DNA from: an uncultured Bacillota bacterium
GTDB lineage: Bacteria; Bacillota_I; Bacilli_A; RFN20; CAG-826
Assembly: GCA_949298195.1 (NCBI GenBank)
Contig: CASFVT010000019.1
Coordinates: forward strand, 1,664-65,663
DNA length: 64,000 nt
Direction of reading: 5' to 3'
This document shows, piece by piece, positions 19,459 to 28,589 of the stretch; the first letter of the stretch is position 1; each line of letters opens with the position of its first letter. The notes below the pieces were generated by a model. The model worked only from the letters and a program-made list of their open reading frames with translations, was not told where the DNA came from and made no database searches. The translations under genes were made by a program, and so were the position numbers.

Positions 19459-20166
19459 TTAGAGGTAGTACTTGTTGATCACCGAGAGGTCTTTCTCGTC
19501 GAGTTCGTAGACGAGAGGCTTACCGGTCGGGATCTCGACCGAGACGATCTCGGCAGCCGTAAGGTGCTCGAGTTCCATCACGAGGGCCCGAAGGCTATTG
19601 CCGTGCGCGGCAATGAGGACCTTCCGCCCCTTCTTGAGGGCCGGGGCAATCGTCGAGTCGAAATACGGTTTGACCCGTTTGGCCGTGTCGACGAGGCACT
19701 CGGTCACCGGGAGATCGTTTTCTTCCATCTCCCCGTTCTTGACGAGGGCTTGGTACTTCGGGTCGTTGCCGGGGAAACGCTCGTCGTCCCTACTTAGGGA
19801 AGGAGGGGGTACGTCCGCGCTCCGCCGCCAGATGTGGACTTGCTCATCCCCCCACTTCTTGGCCGAGTCGGCCTTGTTGAGGCCCTGAAGGGCTCCGTAG
19901 TGACGCTCGTTGAGCCGCCAGGAATAATGCTTCTCGATGCCTTCCTCCCCGAGTTCATGGAGGATGAGGTCCATCGTCCGGTTGGCCCGCTTGAGGACGG
20001 AGGTGTAGGCGACGTCGAAGCTGTAACCGTCCTTTTTCAGGAGACGGCCGGCTTCCTTGGCCTCCTCCACCCCTTGTTCGGAGAGATCGACGTCGGTCCA
20101 GCCGGTGAAGAGGTTCTTGAGGTTCCACTCGCTTTGCCCGTGCCGGCAGAGAACTAGTTTGATCAT
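19459..20166 (-). CDS. gpmA: 2,3-bisphosphoglycerate-dependent phosphoglycerate mutase
   Basis: 235 aa. [12 protein letters not shown] catalytic-His motif, ERHYGALQG and [10 protein letters not shown]. Confidence 0.92.
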   Translation of the reverse strand: MIKLVLCRHGQSEWNLKNLFTGWTDVDLSEQGVEEAKEAGRLLKKDGYSFDVAYTSVLKRANRTMDLILHELGEEGIEKHYSWRLNERHYGALQGLNKADSAKKWGDEQVHIWRRSADVPPPSLSRDDERFPGNDPKYQALVKNGEMEENDLPVTECLVDTAKRVKPYFDSTIAPALKKGRKVLIAAHGNSLRALVMELEHLTAAEIVSVEIPTGKPLVYELDEKDLSVINKYYL

Positions 20167-20199
20167 GTGAATGTCCTTTCTTCCTTGAGGGATTATAGC

Positions 20200-21336
20200 T
20201 TATCGCTTGCTCCCGTTGGGGAGGGAAAACGTCTGATAAACCCCGTCTTTCATCTCGAGGGGGACTTCCCCGCTGACGAGGGGGAGCAGGTAGTCGAGGA
20301 AGAGGGGGTTGACCTCGCGACTGGAGACTACCCATTCGGGCGGGAAAGAGTGCACTTCCCCCATGGCCCTGCCAAGCGGCACGAGTTCGAAGGAGGACTC
20401 ATAGGGATGACTGGCCTCCCGCTTGATGGAGACCATCTTCCCGCTTTCCCCTCCCTTGAAGGACATCACCGAAAGGCGCGAGGAGGCCTCGGCTTCCCAG
20501 ACATCGAGCGGGGAGAGCGAAAGGGGATCGGAGCGGAGGCTCGCCCCGAATACCAGCGATTTGGGGGAGAGCCCATTCTCACGCAGTTTGCAGGTGAGGG
20601 TCTCCACCGCCTTGGCATCGCCGAAGAGATTGGCCTCGACCAGGGCGAGGACCCGCCCCTTCGCTTCGTGGGCTGCCTTGATTTCCCCCACGACGGAATC
20701 GATGCCAGGTACGGTTCCCGGGAGATAGATGAGATCGGGTCGGCTTTCTTCCTCGAGGACGAAGGGAGAGGCCGTCAGCCAAGCACCCGGGGTCTCGAGA
20801 AGGAGGATTTCCCCCTCCCGGCGGGAACGTAGGTCGATGGCAAGTCCCTTGACCGCATTGAGAAGGTGCTTGGCCGCACTCGGATAGCCGAGGGAGTGGT
20901 CGGTGGAGGGAATGGAGTTATTCACCCCCTTGGGGACGACGAGGACTTGGATTTCCTCTCCCTCGGTAAGGAAATAGGAAGAAAGAAGAAGCGCGGTCGA
21001 AATGCTCTTCCGATCCCCGATAAGGAGGAGATAGCCGATGCCGCGTTCATGGAGGCGGTCCTTGATGGAGGCCCCGTCCCCTGGGAGGTCGATGTCCCTC
21101 TCCGAGGTGCCGAGAAACGACCCCGGAGTGGACATCAGGAGGTTGAGGTCGTCTTTCTCAAGTTCCTCGAGATTCACGATTTCGTTGTTCAATAGGCCGT
21201 CAAAACCGAATTTGGCCCCGTAAATCCCGTCAATCCAGGAAGATTTCCGGGCTTCGAGGATGGCCCCGCGAAGTATCGAATTGGCAACCGGGGCCGTCTC
21301 CCCGGATTCGACGATCAAAAGGGATTTCTTGTCCAT
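20200..21336 (-). CDS. phosphofructokinase-fold protein with degenerate active site
   Basis: 378 aa and colinear with PfkA, but key motifs are replaced. SGGDAPGMN becomes SGETAPVAN, IGGDGS becomes IGDRKS, PGTIDNDI becomes PKGVNNSI, and MGR becomes TPG. Confidence 0.6.
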   Translation of the reverse strand: MDKKSLLIVESGETAPVANSILRGAILEARKSSWIDGIYGAKFGFDGLLNNEIVNLEELEKDDLNLLMSTPGSFLGTSERDIDLPGDGASIKDRLHERGIGYLLLIGDRKSISTALLLSSYFLTEGEEIQVLVVPKGVNNSIPSTDHSLGYPSAAKHLLNAVKGLAIDLRSRREGEILLLETPGAWLTASPFVLEEESRPDLIYLPGTVPGIDSVVGEIKAAHEAKGRVLALVEANLFGDAKAVETLTCKLRENGLSPKSLVFGASLRSDPLSLSPLDVWEAEASSRLSVMSFKGGESGKMVSIKREASHPYESSFELVPLGRAMGEVHSFPPEWVVSSREVNPLFLDYLLPLVSGEVPLEMKDGVYQTFSLPNGSKR

Positions 21337-21358
21337 GGCTTCCTAATTATAGGTAGGA

Positions 21359-21381
21359 GGAAGGCCGATGAAAGGCCTTCC
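21359..21381 (-). terminator. perfect 8-bp hairpin after the last gene of the nine-gene operon (no clear U-tract)
   Basis: GGAAGGCC-N7-GGCCTTCC begins 5 nt after the stop at 21386. On the minus strand it is followed by CCTACCTATAATTAGGAAG, a possible -10 and RBS for the PFK-like gene. Confidence 0.4.
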
Positions 21382-21385
21382 CGCC

Positions 21386-22495
21386 TCAAAGGGCCTCGTA
21401 ATGGGCGTAGAGATCGAGATCGCGGTTGACCGGGGTCGTGTCGACGAAATGGCCGGCGTTGGGGTCTTCTATGTCGGACGGGGCCGTCCACCAACCGGTG
21501 AAACGGTGCCCGTCGAGACTCGCGCCCGGGAGTTCGATCGTCTCCGCGGAGGGGACGCTCAGGTAGTAGGTACCCTCCTCCCCGACGATGAGCCCGGGAA
21601 GGAGCTCGATTTCGCCGCCCTCGGGATGGAAGGTCACCGTGAAATTGACCTCCGATCCAAAGGCATGGAACAAAACCCAACTCGTCGAGTTCTTGTAGTA
21701 GATGATCCTGTTCATCGTGTCGATGTAGAAGGAGCCTTCCGCGTAGTCCGCGTAGGAGGGGTTCCCGACCGGGGAACCGGCATCCTGATACCAATGGGCC
21801 CCGTTCTTGGAGGCCCCGACGTCCTCGAGGACGGCATCGGAGCCGTCGGTATAGACGATCGTCACCGTGTAACCACCGGAAACGGGGTTGAACTCGAAGG
21901 AAATGTCTTCGATCCCCCGACCGGGATCGCCCTTTTCGCCCTTCTCGATCGTCTCGACATAAGTCGAGCCGTCGTCGAGGGTGACGGTCATCGTCTTCGC
22001 GCCGGTCACGGCATCGGGTTCCGAGAACTCGATCGAGGCAATCCCGTTCCCGGTCGGGAGGATGATGCTGTCGGACAAGGAGCCGTCCGTGTAAACGAAG
22101 TAGAAACTGGTCGTCGCCCCGGCCTGATTCCGCTCATAGACGATCGAATCGATGCCGACGCCGGTCACGACCGGATAGGTAAGGAGTTCCTCTTCCCGTC
22201 CGTCGCTATATTCGACCCGGACGGTGACTTCCTCTTCGACGGGGTCATAGGTGGCTTCAAGCCCCTCGATCGAGACGCCGCTTTGCCCTTTCGGGATCGT
22301 GAAGACGGTATCCGCGATCCGGGAGTCGGTGTAGGAAATCCGGACCACCGTGTCCCCGACGTCGTTGACGGTGCTGGTCACTTCCTTGATCGAATAATTC
22401 CCGCTGCCGTTGAAGAAACCGCAGGAACTGAGCCCGAAGACGGCCGCCCCGAGCAAGGGCAGCAATAGTCCTTTCGCTTTCTTTTCCATTCTCAT
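21386..22495 (-). CDS. lipoprotein with C-terminal Listeria-Bacteroides (Flg_new) repeat
   Basis: Signal LLPLLGAAVFGLSSC. C-terminal VTFHPEGGE...GHRFTGWWTAP...DLDLYAHY matches the Flg_new/TIGR02543 repeat pattern. 4-nt overlap with the upstream gene. Confidence 0.7.
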   Translation of the reverse strand: MRMEKKAKGLLLPLLGAAVFGLSSCGFFNGSGNYSIKEVTSTVNDVGDTVVRISYTDSRIADTVFTIPKGQSGVSIEGLEATYDPVEEEVTVRVEYSDGREEELLTYPVVTGVGIDSIVYERNQAGATTSFYFVYTDGSLSDSIILPTGNGIASIEFSEPDAVTGAKTMTVTLDDGSTYVETIEKGEKGDPGRGIEDISFEFNPVSGGYTVTIVYTDGSDAVLEDVGASKNGAHWYQDAGSPVGNPSYADYAEGSFYIDTMNRIIYYKNSTSWVLFHAFGSEVNFTVTFHPEGGEIELLPGLIVGEEGTYYLSVPSAETIELPGASLDGHRFTGWWTAPSDIEDPNAGHFVDTTPVNRDLDLYAHYEAL

Positions 22496-24870
22496 TTGCC
22501 TCCTCTTTCCTTAAGGTCGTTCAGATTGACGGTCTCGCCGAATAGATATGGCGTTTCCCCTCCCCGACCGTCGATGCCGAGGTAGAAACGGAAGGGATTG
22601 CTCCCGGCCGCGAGGGGAACGCAACGGGCGAGGTAGGCGGAGTACTGGTTTCCCCCGCTTAGTCCCTCCCCGGTAAGACACGCCCGGGCGTAATCGATGC
22701 TCACTTCCTCCCCGAAGGGATTGACCATGAGTCCCGAGACATCGAGGGTCGAGGTGTTGTGCCCACCGCCATAGAAGGCGATGGCCCCTAGGACTTCCGC
22801 TTCGTCCCCGTCATTATAGACATATCCCTTCCGGGCGGCTTCTTCGCTCAGGAGGGCCTTGATCGGGAAGTAGGAGTCGATCGGGAAGTCAAGCCCTTCC
22901 GTCCCGAGGGAAGCGAGGACGGAGGAGATCTGCTCGTAGATGAGACACGAGGCGTCAATCGAGGCAATCGACTTGTAATCGTAGAAGCGGGTATCCCCGC
23001 TCAACTTGAGATGGACCGGCGAGGAGACCCCGCCGATCTGATGGGGGGAGACCGAGGTGAGTTGGAGGGCTCCCATCACCACGTCGAGGAGTTCCTGGAC
23101 GAAGGAGGGAACCCCACTATAGAGGTAGGCCCCGTTGAAGAGGCTCTCGAAGGCGATGGCGAAGAGTCCCGATCGCTCGAAGAAGCTGTCGCGGACTTCC
23201 ACCCCGTAGCCTTCGCGCAATTCGACGTCGTCGAGTCCGGACTGGATGGAGGCCATGGCCTTCATCGCCTCGTCGGGACTCACGATCGAACGGACGATCG
23301 AATCAAGGATCCGGTCGGCCGCCTTCCCGGGGGCGAGGAGCTCGTCGAGGGTACCGCTTCCGATGATGCCGTTGTAATCAAGGCCGATCCGGGTGAACTC
23401 GTCGGGCCGGCTCACTTCGTTGTTACCGAGCTTGAGGAGGAATTCCCGGGCATTGTTGAGATAACAATTGTCGAGGAGGAAATCCGGGGAGGAATAGACC
23501 CTGAGGGTCACCCGGCCGTTCCGGAGGTAGGTGTCCCTCACCTCGACATTCGAGCCGAGGACGTCCATCGTCGTGCCGACGTATTCGAGGAGGTTGAGGT
23601 CACCGACGTTGTCGACGCTCAGGAGCTTGAGGTCAGACACGGTGATGTCGTCCCCTTCCACGTACATCGTCGAGTTGTCCTGCCCGTAGGCGGTGATGAC
23701 CTGTAGCGAGTAAGGCCCGAGGAAAACATATGGGAGGGGGCCTTCGAAGTTGTCTTTCTCCCCGTCCATCGAGGGGGCCCAGCGGCCGTTGGGCTGATAG
23801 CCGCCATGGTAGGTGTAGGCCAGTTCCTGGGAGGATATCGTGAAGCCGTTTCCGATGAAGTCCTTCTGGACGTGGATGCCGGTCTTCACGAGGGAATGCT
23901 CCGCGGCGGTGCCCTCACTCGGGTTGAGGGCGAAATACTGCTTCAGGAAGTCGTGGGGATAGGTCGTCTCGAACTGATAGAGGTCGAAGGAAGAGGTTTG
24001 GGAGGGGAAGTCGAAGTAACCGAAGAGGCGGGTGTTCTGATTCAATAGCTCATCGACGAAATTCCCGTCGCCGTCCTGGACGTAGGTCGATTTGAGGGAG
24101 AGGAGGTTGCGCTGGAGGCAGATCTTCTCCCCTTCTTCCGAGAGGTTGGTCGCGGCCATGAGGTCACCGTAGTCCTTGACGTTGACCGCTTCTTCCTCGA
24201 CGTAGAAGGAATAGGTCGAGAGGACCGAAGGGGTCTTCTCGAGGCCGAAGCTCACATAGCTCTCCCCCGGGGCATTGATGGTGATGACCCCGTTGGAATA
24301 GGAAAGGTTGTTCGAATGGGCCCGCAAAACGGCCTTGTCGTCATCGTAATCGCTGTAGATGCCGAACTTCAGGTCGACGGTCGCCCGCTTCTTGGAATAT
24401 CGACCGTCGGTCGAGTAGTCGTATTCCCCGTAAGTCCTCTTCTTTTCGAAAGAATCCCCGGAAGCCGGCGTCGAAGCGTCGACGATGGTGATTGCCCCGT
24501 CTTCGTAGACGGTCGCGAGGAAGCTCCGGCTGACGCTCCCCTTCTGGTTGGAGCAGGTCAAGCGGGTCGTCCCTTCCTTCTGGGGATTGAGATAAGTTTC
24601 CTCCCCGCGGACGGTAATCGAGGCAATGTCCGGATCCGCACTCGACCAAACGAGGTCGTTGCCCGGGGCCAGGGCGAAGTTATCGTCGTAGATCGGCTCG
24701 GCGACGAGCTCGCTCTCCACGTCGACCTTGAACCCCTCGGAATCGAGGTAGTCCCATTTGATCCCGGAGATGTCGACCTCGATGAGATTCTTGATCGGGG
24801 TAATCGAAATGTAGGTGAGGATGCTCACCGCGAAGGGGATGAGGAGCAAAAGGGGGAGGGTCTTCTTCAT
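22492..24870 (-). CDS. 792-aa exported or anchored protein: Big_2-like Ig domain plus beta-helix-like region
   Basis: Start at MKKTLPLLLLIPFAVSILTY (Met 344 of track ORF 22492..25899), forming an ATGA overlap with the upstream permease. VWSSADPDIASITVRGEETYLNPQKEGTTRLTC resembles Big_2. The later repetitive V/L/N/D-rich strands suggest a right-handed beta-helix. Confidence 0.7.
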   Translation of the reverse strand: MKKTLPLLLLIPFAVSILTYISITPIKNLIEVDISGIKWDYLDSEGFKVDVESELVAEPIYDDNFALAPGNDLVWSSADPDIASITVRGEETYLNPQKEGTTRLTCSNQKGSVSRSFLATVYEDGAITIVDASTPASGDSFEKKRTYGEYDYSTDGRYSKKRATVDLKFGIYSDYDDDKAVLRAHSNNLSYSNGVITINAPGESYVSFGLEKTPSVLSTYSFYVEEEAVNVKDYGDLMAATNLSEEGEKICLQRNLLSLKSTYVQDGDGNFVDELLNQNTRLFGYFDFPSQTSSFDLYQFETTYPHDFLKQYFALNPSEGTAAEHSLVKTGIHVQKDFIGNGFTISSQELAYTYHGGYQPNGRWAPSMDGEKDNFEGPLPYVFLGPYSLQVITAYGQDNSTMYVEGDDITVSDLKLLSVDNVGDLNLLEYVGTTMDVLGSNVEVRDTYLRNGRVTLRVYSSPDFLLDNCYLNNAREFLLKLGNNEVSRPDEFTRIGLDYNGIIGSGTLDELLAPGKAADRILDSIVRSIVSPDEAMKAMASIQSGLDDVELREGYGVEVRDSFFERSGLFAIAFESLFNGAYLYSGVPSFVQELLDVVMGALQLTSVSPHQIGGVSSPVHLKLSGDTRFYDYKSIASIDASCLIYEQISSVLASLGTEGLDFPIDSYFPIKALLSEEAARKGYVYNDGDEAEVLGAIAFYGGGHNTSTLDVSGLMVNPFGEEVSIDYARACLTGEGLSGGNQYSAYLARCVPLAAGSNPFRFYLGIDGRGGETPYLFGETVNLNDLKERGGK

Positions 24871-26477
24871 ACGGTTGCCCCCATCGATAGGTAAAGCCCC
24901 TTCAGGCGGAAGGGCAGATAGCATAGCGGCAACAAGAGAAGAAGGGCCAAACCGACTTCGGAGAGATAGACGGCATAAGAAGGCAGTTTGAGGAACATGA
25001 GGAGGAAGTGCAGTCCGGCGACGAAGAGGGGAAAGAGGATGGAAATTATGGTCGGGAAGAACTCGTAAACCCCCCGCTTCCCGGTCAATGAGTAGGAGGA
25101 AATGTCGGAAAGAAGACCGTATGAGGCCACCGAGACGATGAGGAGGGAACCAGTCACGAGGGAGACGAAGAAGAGGGGCCAGGCGATTTCGCCAAAAAAG
25201 AGGAGGACGATGTTGGTCACCAGGAAGGAGAAGACGGAGACACCGACCGGGATGAGGAGCTTGTAGAAAGTGGCCTTGAGAGGGGAGACGGGAGTCGTCT
25301 TGAGAAGGAGACGGCCCTTTCCCTCCCGGGTGATGCCATCGCTCGCGCCGGAAGTGAGGATCGAGGCGAACAGGAGCAGGACCAAGAGGGTGATTCCGTT
25401 CGGAAGCTCGGAAAAGTAATCGAGGAAGATGGCGAGGTTCCCATAGAGGAGGGATGAGAGGCTCGAGATGACGACATAGGCGAGGAAGGGCTGCATGAAC
25501 AAGAGGGAGGTGAAAGAGAATAGATACGAGCCGTTGCGGAAAAGGAGGATGAATTCCTTCTTGAGGAGGGCTTTGTCGAGGGAGAGGACCTTGTTTGCTC
25601 TTCCCCCGCTTTTCCTTTTCCCTTCTTTCCCGGGGAGGGCTTCCTTGTTCCGATTGTAGAGGAAGGAGAGGAGATAGAGGCCGAGGAAGGCCATCAGGAA
25701 GACGGAACCGAGGAGAAAGAAAAGGGAACTCACGAGGTTCCCCGTCCCCCGCATGAGGGAGAAGATGGAGCTGCAGGGGATGAGCCAAGCCGCGACCTCG
25801 TGGAGGCCGGTGAGGAAAGAGGCCGAGACGTATTGGTCGAGTCGGCTCCCCTGGACGACCGAGAGGAAGAGGGAAAGAACATACTGGTAGAGGAAGCAAA
25901 GGGCGATGGCGATCAAAGTCCCGAGGATCAACTGGAGGAGGTAACGCCCGCTTAAGAAGGAGTAGACCCTCTCATAGAGGGGGAGGAGGGCCATCGTAAG
26001 CCCGATCCCAACGAAGGAGACGATGAAGGGGTAGGCGGCCGAGAGGACGTAGAAGGACGGGTCGAGGGAACGGCTGCTCCCGTAGGCGACGAGGATCGGG
26101 GTGGCCAGCAAGAGGCTCGACAAGGCGAGGCGGAGATATAGGTAAAGCCCCTTTCCGAGGATGACGTCGTCGGGAGGAATCGGGAGTGGCGAAAGGATCT
26201 TCTCGTCGATGTCCCGGTAGAGGCTCCGGTGGGCGCTCGGGAGGGTGGCCAGGGACGACAAAAGGAAATATAGGAAGAGGAACAGAACGAGGAAATCGTC
26301 GCTTCCGTAGGAGGAGAACTCCTGAAACTGGGCATCGAGGGCCAGGAAAAGATACACCTCGAGGGCGACGAAGAGGCCGGCCCCGAGGAGGAGGAAGAGG
26401 GATTTGAGGATCCGTTCGGTCAAGTTCCCCCGCGGCAGGGCTCCCTTGAACTCGTTGACGAAGATGTTGAGGATCAT
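24867..26477 (-). CDS. polytopic membrane protein, putative permease partner of the adjacent ABC ATPase
   Basis: 536 aa with 12 or more hydrophobic helices. ATGA overlaps on both sides. Size and position fit the putative-ABC-exporter type of Firmicutes. Confidence 0.65.
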   Translation of the reverse strand: MILNIFVNEFKGALPRGNLTERILKSLFLLLGAGLFVALEVYLFLALDAQFQEFSSYGSDDFLVLFLFLYFLLSSLATLPSAHRSLYRDIDEKILSPLPIPPDDVILGKGLYLYLRLALSSLLLATPILVAYGSSRSLDPSFYVLSAAYPFIVSFVGIGLTMALLPLYERVYSFLSGRYLLQLILGTLIAIALCFLYQYVLSLFLSVVQGSRLDQYVSASFLTGLHEVAAWLIPCSSIFSLMRGTGNLVSSLFFLLGSVFLMAFLGLYLLSFLYNRNKEALPGKEGKRKSGGRANKVLSLDKALLKKEFILLFRNGSYLFSFTSLLFMQPFLAYVVISSLSSLLYGNLAIFLDYFSELPNGITLLVLLLFASILTSGASDGITREGKGRLLLKTTPVSPLKATFYKLLIPVGVSVFSFLVTNIVLLFFGEIAWPLFFVSLVTGSLLIVSVASYGLLSDISSYSLTGKRGVYEFFPTIISILFPLFVAGLHFLLMFLKLPSYAVYLSEVGLALLLLLPLCYLPFRLKGLYLSMGATV

Positions 26478-27268
26478 CGGGGGTGTTCCCCGTAAACGCG
26501 GAAGAAGATGAGTTTGAGGTCCTTCCGCTTGAGGGGCTCCTTGTGGAAATCGATGAGGGTGGCGACCTTCCCTTCGTCGATGATGGCCACCCGGTCGCAG
26601 ACATCGGCGATGAGGTCGATGTTATGGGAGGTAAGGAGGATGGTGTTCCCGTTCTCCCCATAGGCCTTCATCATCGAGAGGAGGGTCTCGTAGGCCATCA
26701 CGTCGAGCCCGACCGTCGGTTCGTCGAGGATCCAGAGTTTGGGATTGTGGATGAGGGAGGCGATGAGCCCCTCTTTTTGCTTCATGCCGTGGGAATAGCC
26801 GTCGATTCGGCGGCTGAGGGCCTCTTCCCCGAGTTCGAACTTCCCGTCGAGGAAGGCGAGGTTCTTATCGAAGCTCTCCTGGCTGATCCCGTAGGCCGAG
26901 GCGACGAATTGGAGGTACTCGTAGCCGCTCATCTGCTCGTAAAGAAGGGGCTCGGAAGGCACATAGCCGTATAGCGACTTCACCTCGAGGGGATATTCGT
27001 CGACCGGGAGGCCGAAGACCTCAATCGAGCCGCTCTCGTAGCCCTTGGCCCCGATGATGGAGTCGATGGTCGTCGATTTGCCAACCCCGTTTTTGCCGAG
27101 CAGCCCGAAGATTTCCCCGCGATGGACCGTGAAATCGAGTCCCTTGAGGACTTCGTGGGAGCCGTATGATTTGTGGACGTCATGGACGGCCACCGCCTCG
27201 ACGGAGAGGTCATCGGCCAGGCGGTCGATGTCGACGATGGTCGATTTCTTGATCTTGGCCATCATCAT
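26474..27268 (-). CDS. ABC transporter ATP-binding protein
   Basis: Walker A GKNGVGKST, degenerate signature YSHGMKQK, Walker B LWILDEPTVGLD, H-loop LTSHN. Confidence 0.9.
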   Translation of the reverse strand: MMMAKIKKSTIVDIDRLADDLSVEAVAVHDVHKSYGSHEVLKGLDFTVHRGEIFGLLGKNGVGKSTTIDSIIGAKGYESGSIEVFGLPVDEYPLEVKSLYGYVPSEPLLYEQMSGYEYLQFVASAYGISQESFDKNLAFLDGKFELGEEALSRRIDGYSHGMKQKEGLIASLIHNPKLWILDEPTVGLDVMAYETLLSMMKAYGENGNTILLTSHNIDLIADVCDRVAIIDEGKVATLIDFHKEPLKRKDLKLIFFRVYGEHPR

Positions 27269-28578
27269 CTCCCCCTGATCCCCTTGATCCAGATGGCTGG
27301 ATCGACGTTCCCCCCGAGGAGGGAAACCTGGCTATGGCAATCGAGGCAAGTCAAGTCCTTTTTGCCGGTTTTGAGGAGACGTGGGGCCCCGCAGACGGGG
27401 CAGAAGAGGAGCTTCCTCCCATCGAGGGGGAGGACCAGCGAGAGGGTCTTGAATAGCCGCGGGAAAATGGATTCCGTAATCTCCGGATTGACCTCGAGGA
27501 TGCCCTCGTAAACCCCGGAGGCGTTCTTGAGGGCGATGACGTAGGAATCGCGGAGAAGGGCCAGGTTCTCGCTCTTCTTCTTGAACTCGCCATAAAGCCT
27601 GATTTCCCGCCTTGAGATTGCCCCGCGGTAGAGAATCTCGACCCTTAGGGTCTTCTCCTCGACCTTGCAGTGGTAAAGGAACCCGTCTTTGTTGAAGGCG
27701 AAGGCGGATATGACGATCTTCCCGTCCTTCCACTTGAAAGTCGGCTCCTGGGCCAGGCGGTAACCGTCCGCGAGGAGTTCCTTGAGTAGACGATAGGCGA
27801 AATAGGCGTACGGCGGTTCGTCGACTTCCTTCCCGAAGTCGCTCAGATGGGAGAGGTAATACCGGTAGAGGCGGTTGTAACGGGGATCGTGGATGAGGAT
27901 GTTGGTCGCTAGAAAGGGGGTGCTCACCTTCTTCCCCTTCCTCTCGAGGAAGCGGACGAAGGAAGATAGCGAAAGGCGCCTGGCCTTCGAAACGGCCTTC
28001 GAGAGAAGGGAAGCATTCCCCTCCTCACTCAAAGAGGAAAGGTAGGAAGCGGCCGCCTCCTCGCTGTTTTCAAGCTGGCTGATCGGGCCCGCCTCCGGGA
28101 AGATGGCCAATGGGGACTGGTAAAGGCGTTCGAGGGAACGCCCTTCCTTGATCGTCCCGCTTTCCTCGATTGAGGAAAGGCGGTCCTTGAGGCCGTCGAA
28201 GATGGCGAGGGCCACTTCGTTTTCGTAGGTGAGGAGGGAGTCCCCGTATTCCTCCCCATAGACGTATTCCGGGGCAAAGTCCCCATCCCCTTTCTTCCGC
28301 CAGAAAGAGGGCTCGAGGCTGGTCTTGTGGAACTGCTCGGGGGTAAGGGAGGCGGAGAGTTCGCTCCGAAGGACGATTTCCTCCGGTTCGCTTTTCCGGT
28401 GGGGGTTCATGGCAATGTCCATGAAGGTGTCGAGAAGGGAGGATATTTCGTTTATTTCATCCGTGCTTTGCTCGTGGTATTCGAATTCGAGCGGTTTTTC
28501 GCAGAAGGAAAGGAACCCCGCGCGTTTGACGACCAGCAGGGACAATGCCTCATTGAAACTGCTCGCAAACGAGGGCAT
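27265..28578 (-). CDS. McrC/DUF2357-like partner protein with C-terminal CxxC-N14-CxxC zinc ribbon
   Basis: 437 aa, 11 nt downstream of the McrB-like gene. LLTYENEVALAIFDGL resembles the (T)xENR motif of DUF2357/McrC by eye. A possible D-x8-EEK (KDGFLYHCKVEEK) follows. Ends with CPVCGAPRLLKTGKKDLTCLDC. Confidence 0.5.
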   Translation of the reverse strand: MPSFASSFNEALSLLVVKRAGFLSFCEKPLEFEYHEQSTDEINEISSLLDTFMDIAMNPHRKSEPEEIVLRSELSASLTPEQFHKTSLEPSFWRKKGDGDFAPEYVYGEEYGDSLLTYENEVALAIFDGLKDRLSSIEESGTIKEGRSLERLYQSPLAIFPEAGPISQLENSEEAAASYLSSLSEEGNASLLSKAVSKARRLSLSSFVRFLERKGKKVSTPFLATNILIHDPRYNRLYRYYLSHLSDFGKEVDEPPYAYFAYRLLKELLADGYRLAQEPTFKWKDGKIVISAFAFNKDGFLYHCKVEEKTLRVEILYRGAISRREIRLYGEFKKKSENLALLRDSYVIALKNASGVYEGILEVNPEITESIFPRLFKTLSLVLPLDGRKLLFCPVCGAPRLLKTGKKDLTCLDCHSQVSLLGGNVDPAIWIKGIRGR

Positions 28579-28589
28579 CTCGTCTTTCC

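Noticed and set aside
24871-25899. 343-aa N-terminal extension of the large surface protein ORF (track ORF 22492..25899).
   Set aside because: It lies entirely within the ABC permease gene in a different frame and has Pro/Arg-rich composition. The Met at 24870 gives a signal-anchor and an ATGA overlap with the permease stop.
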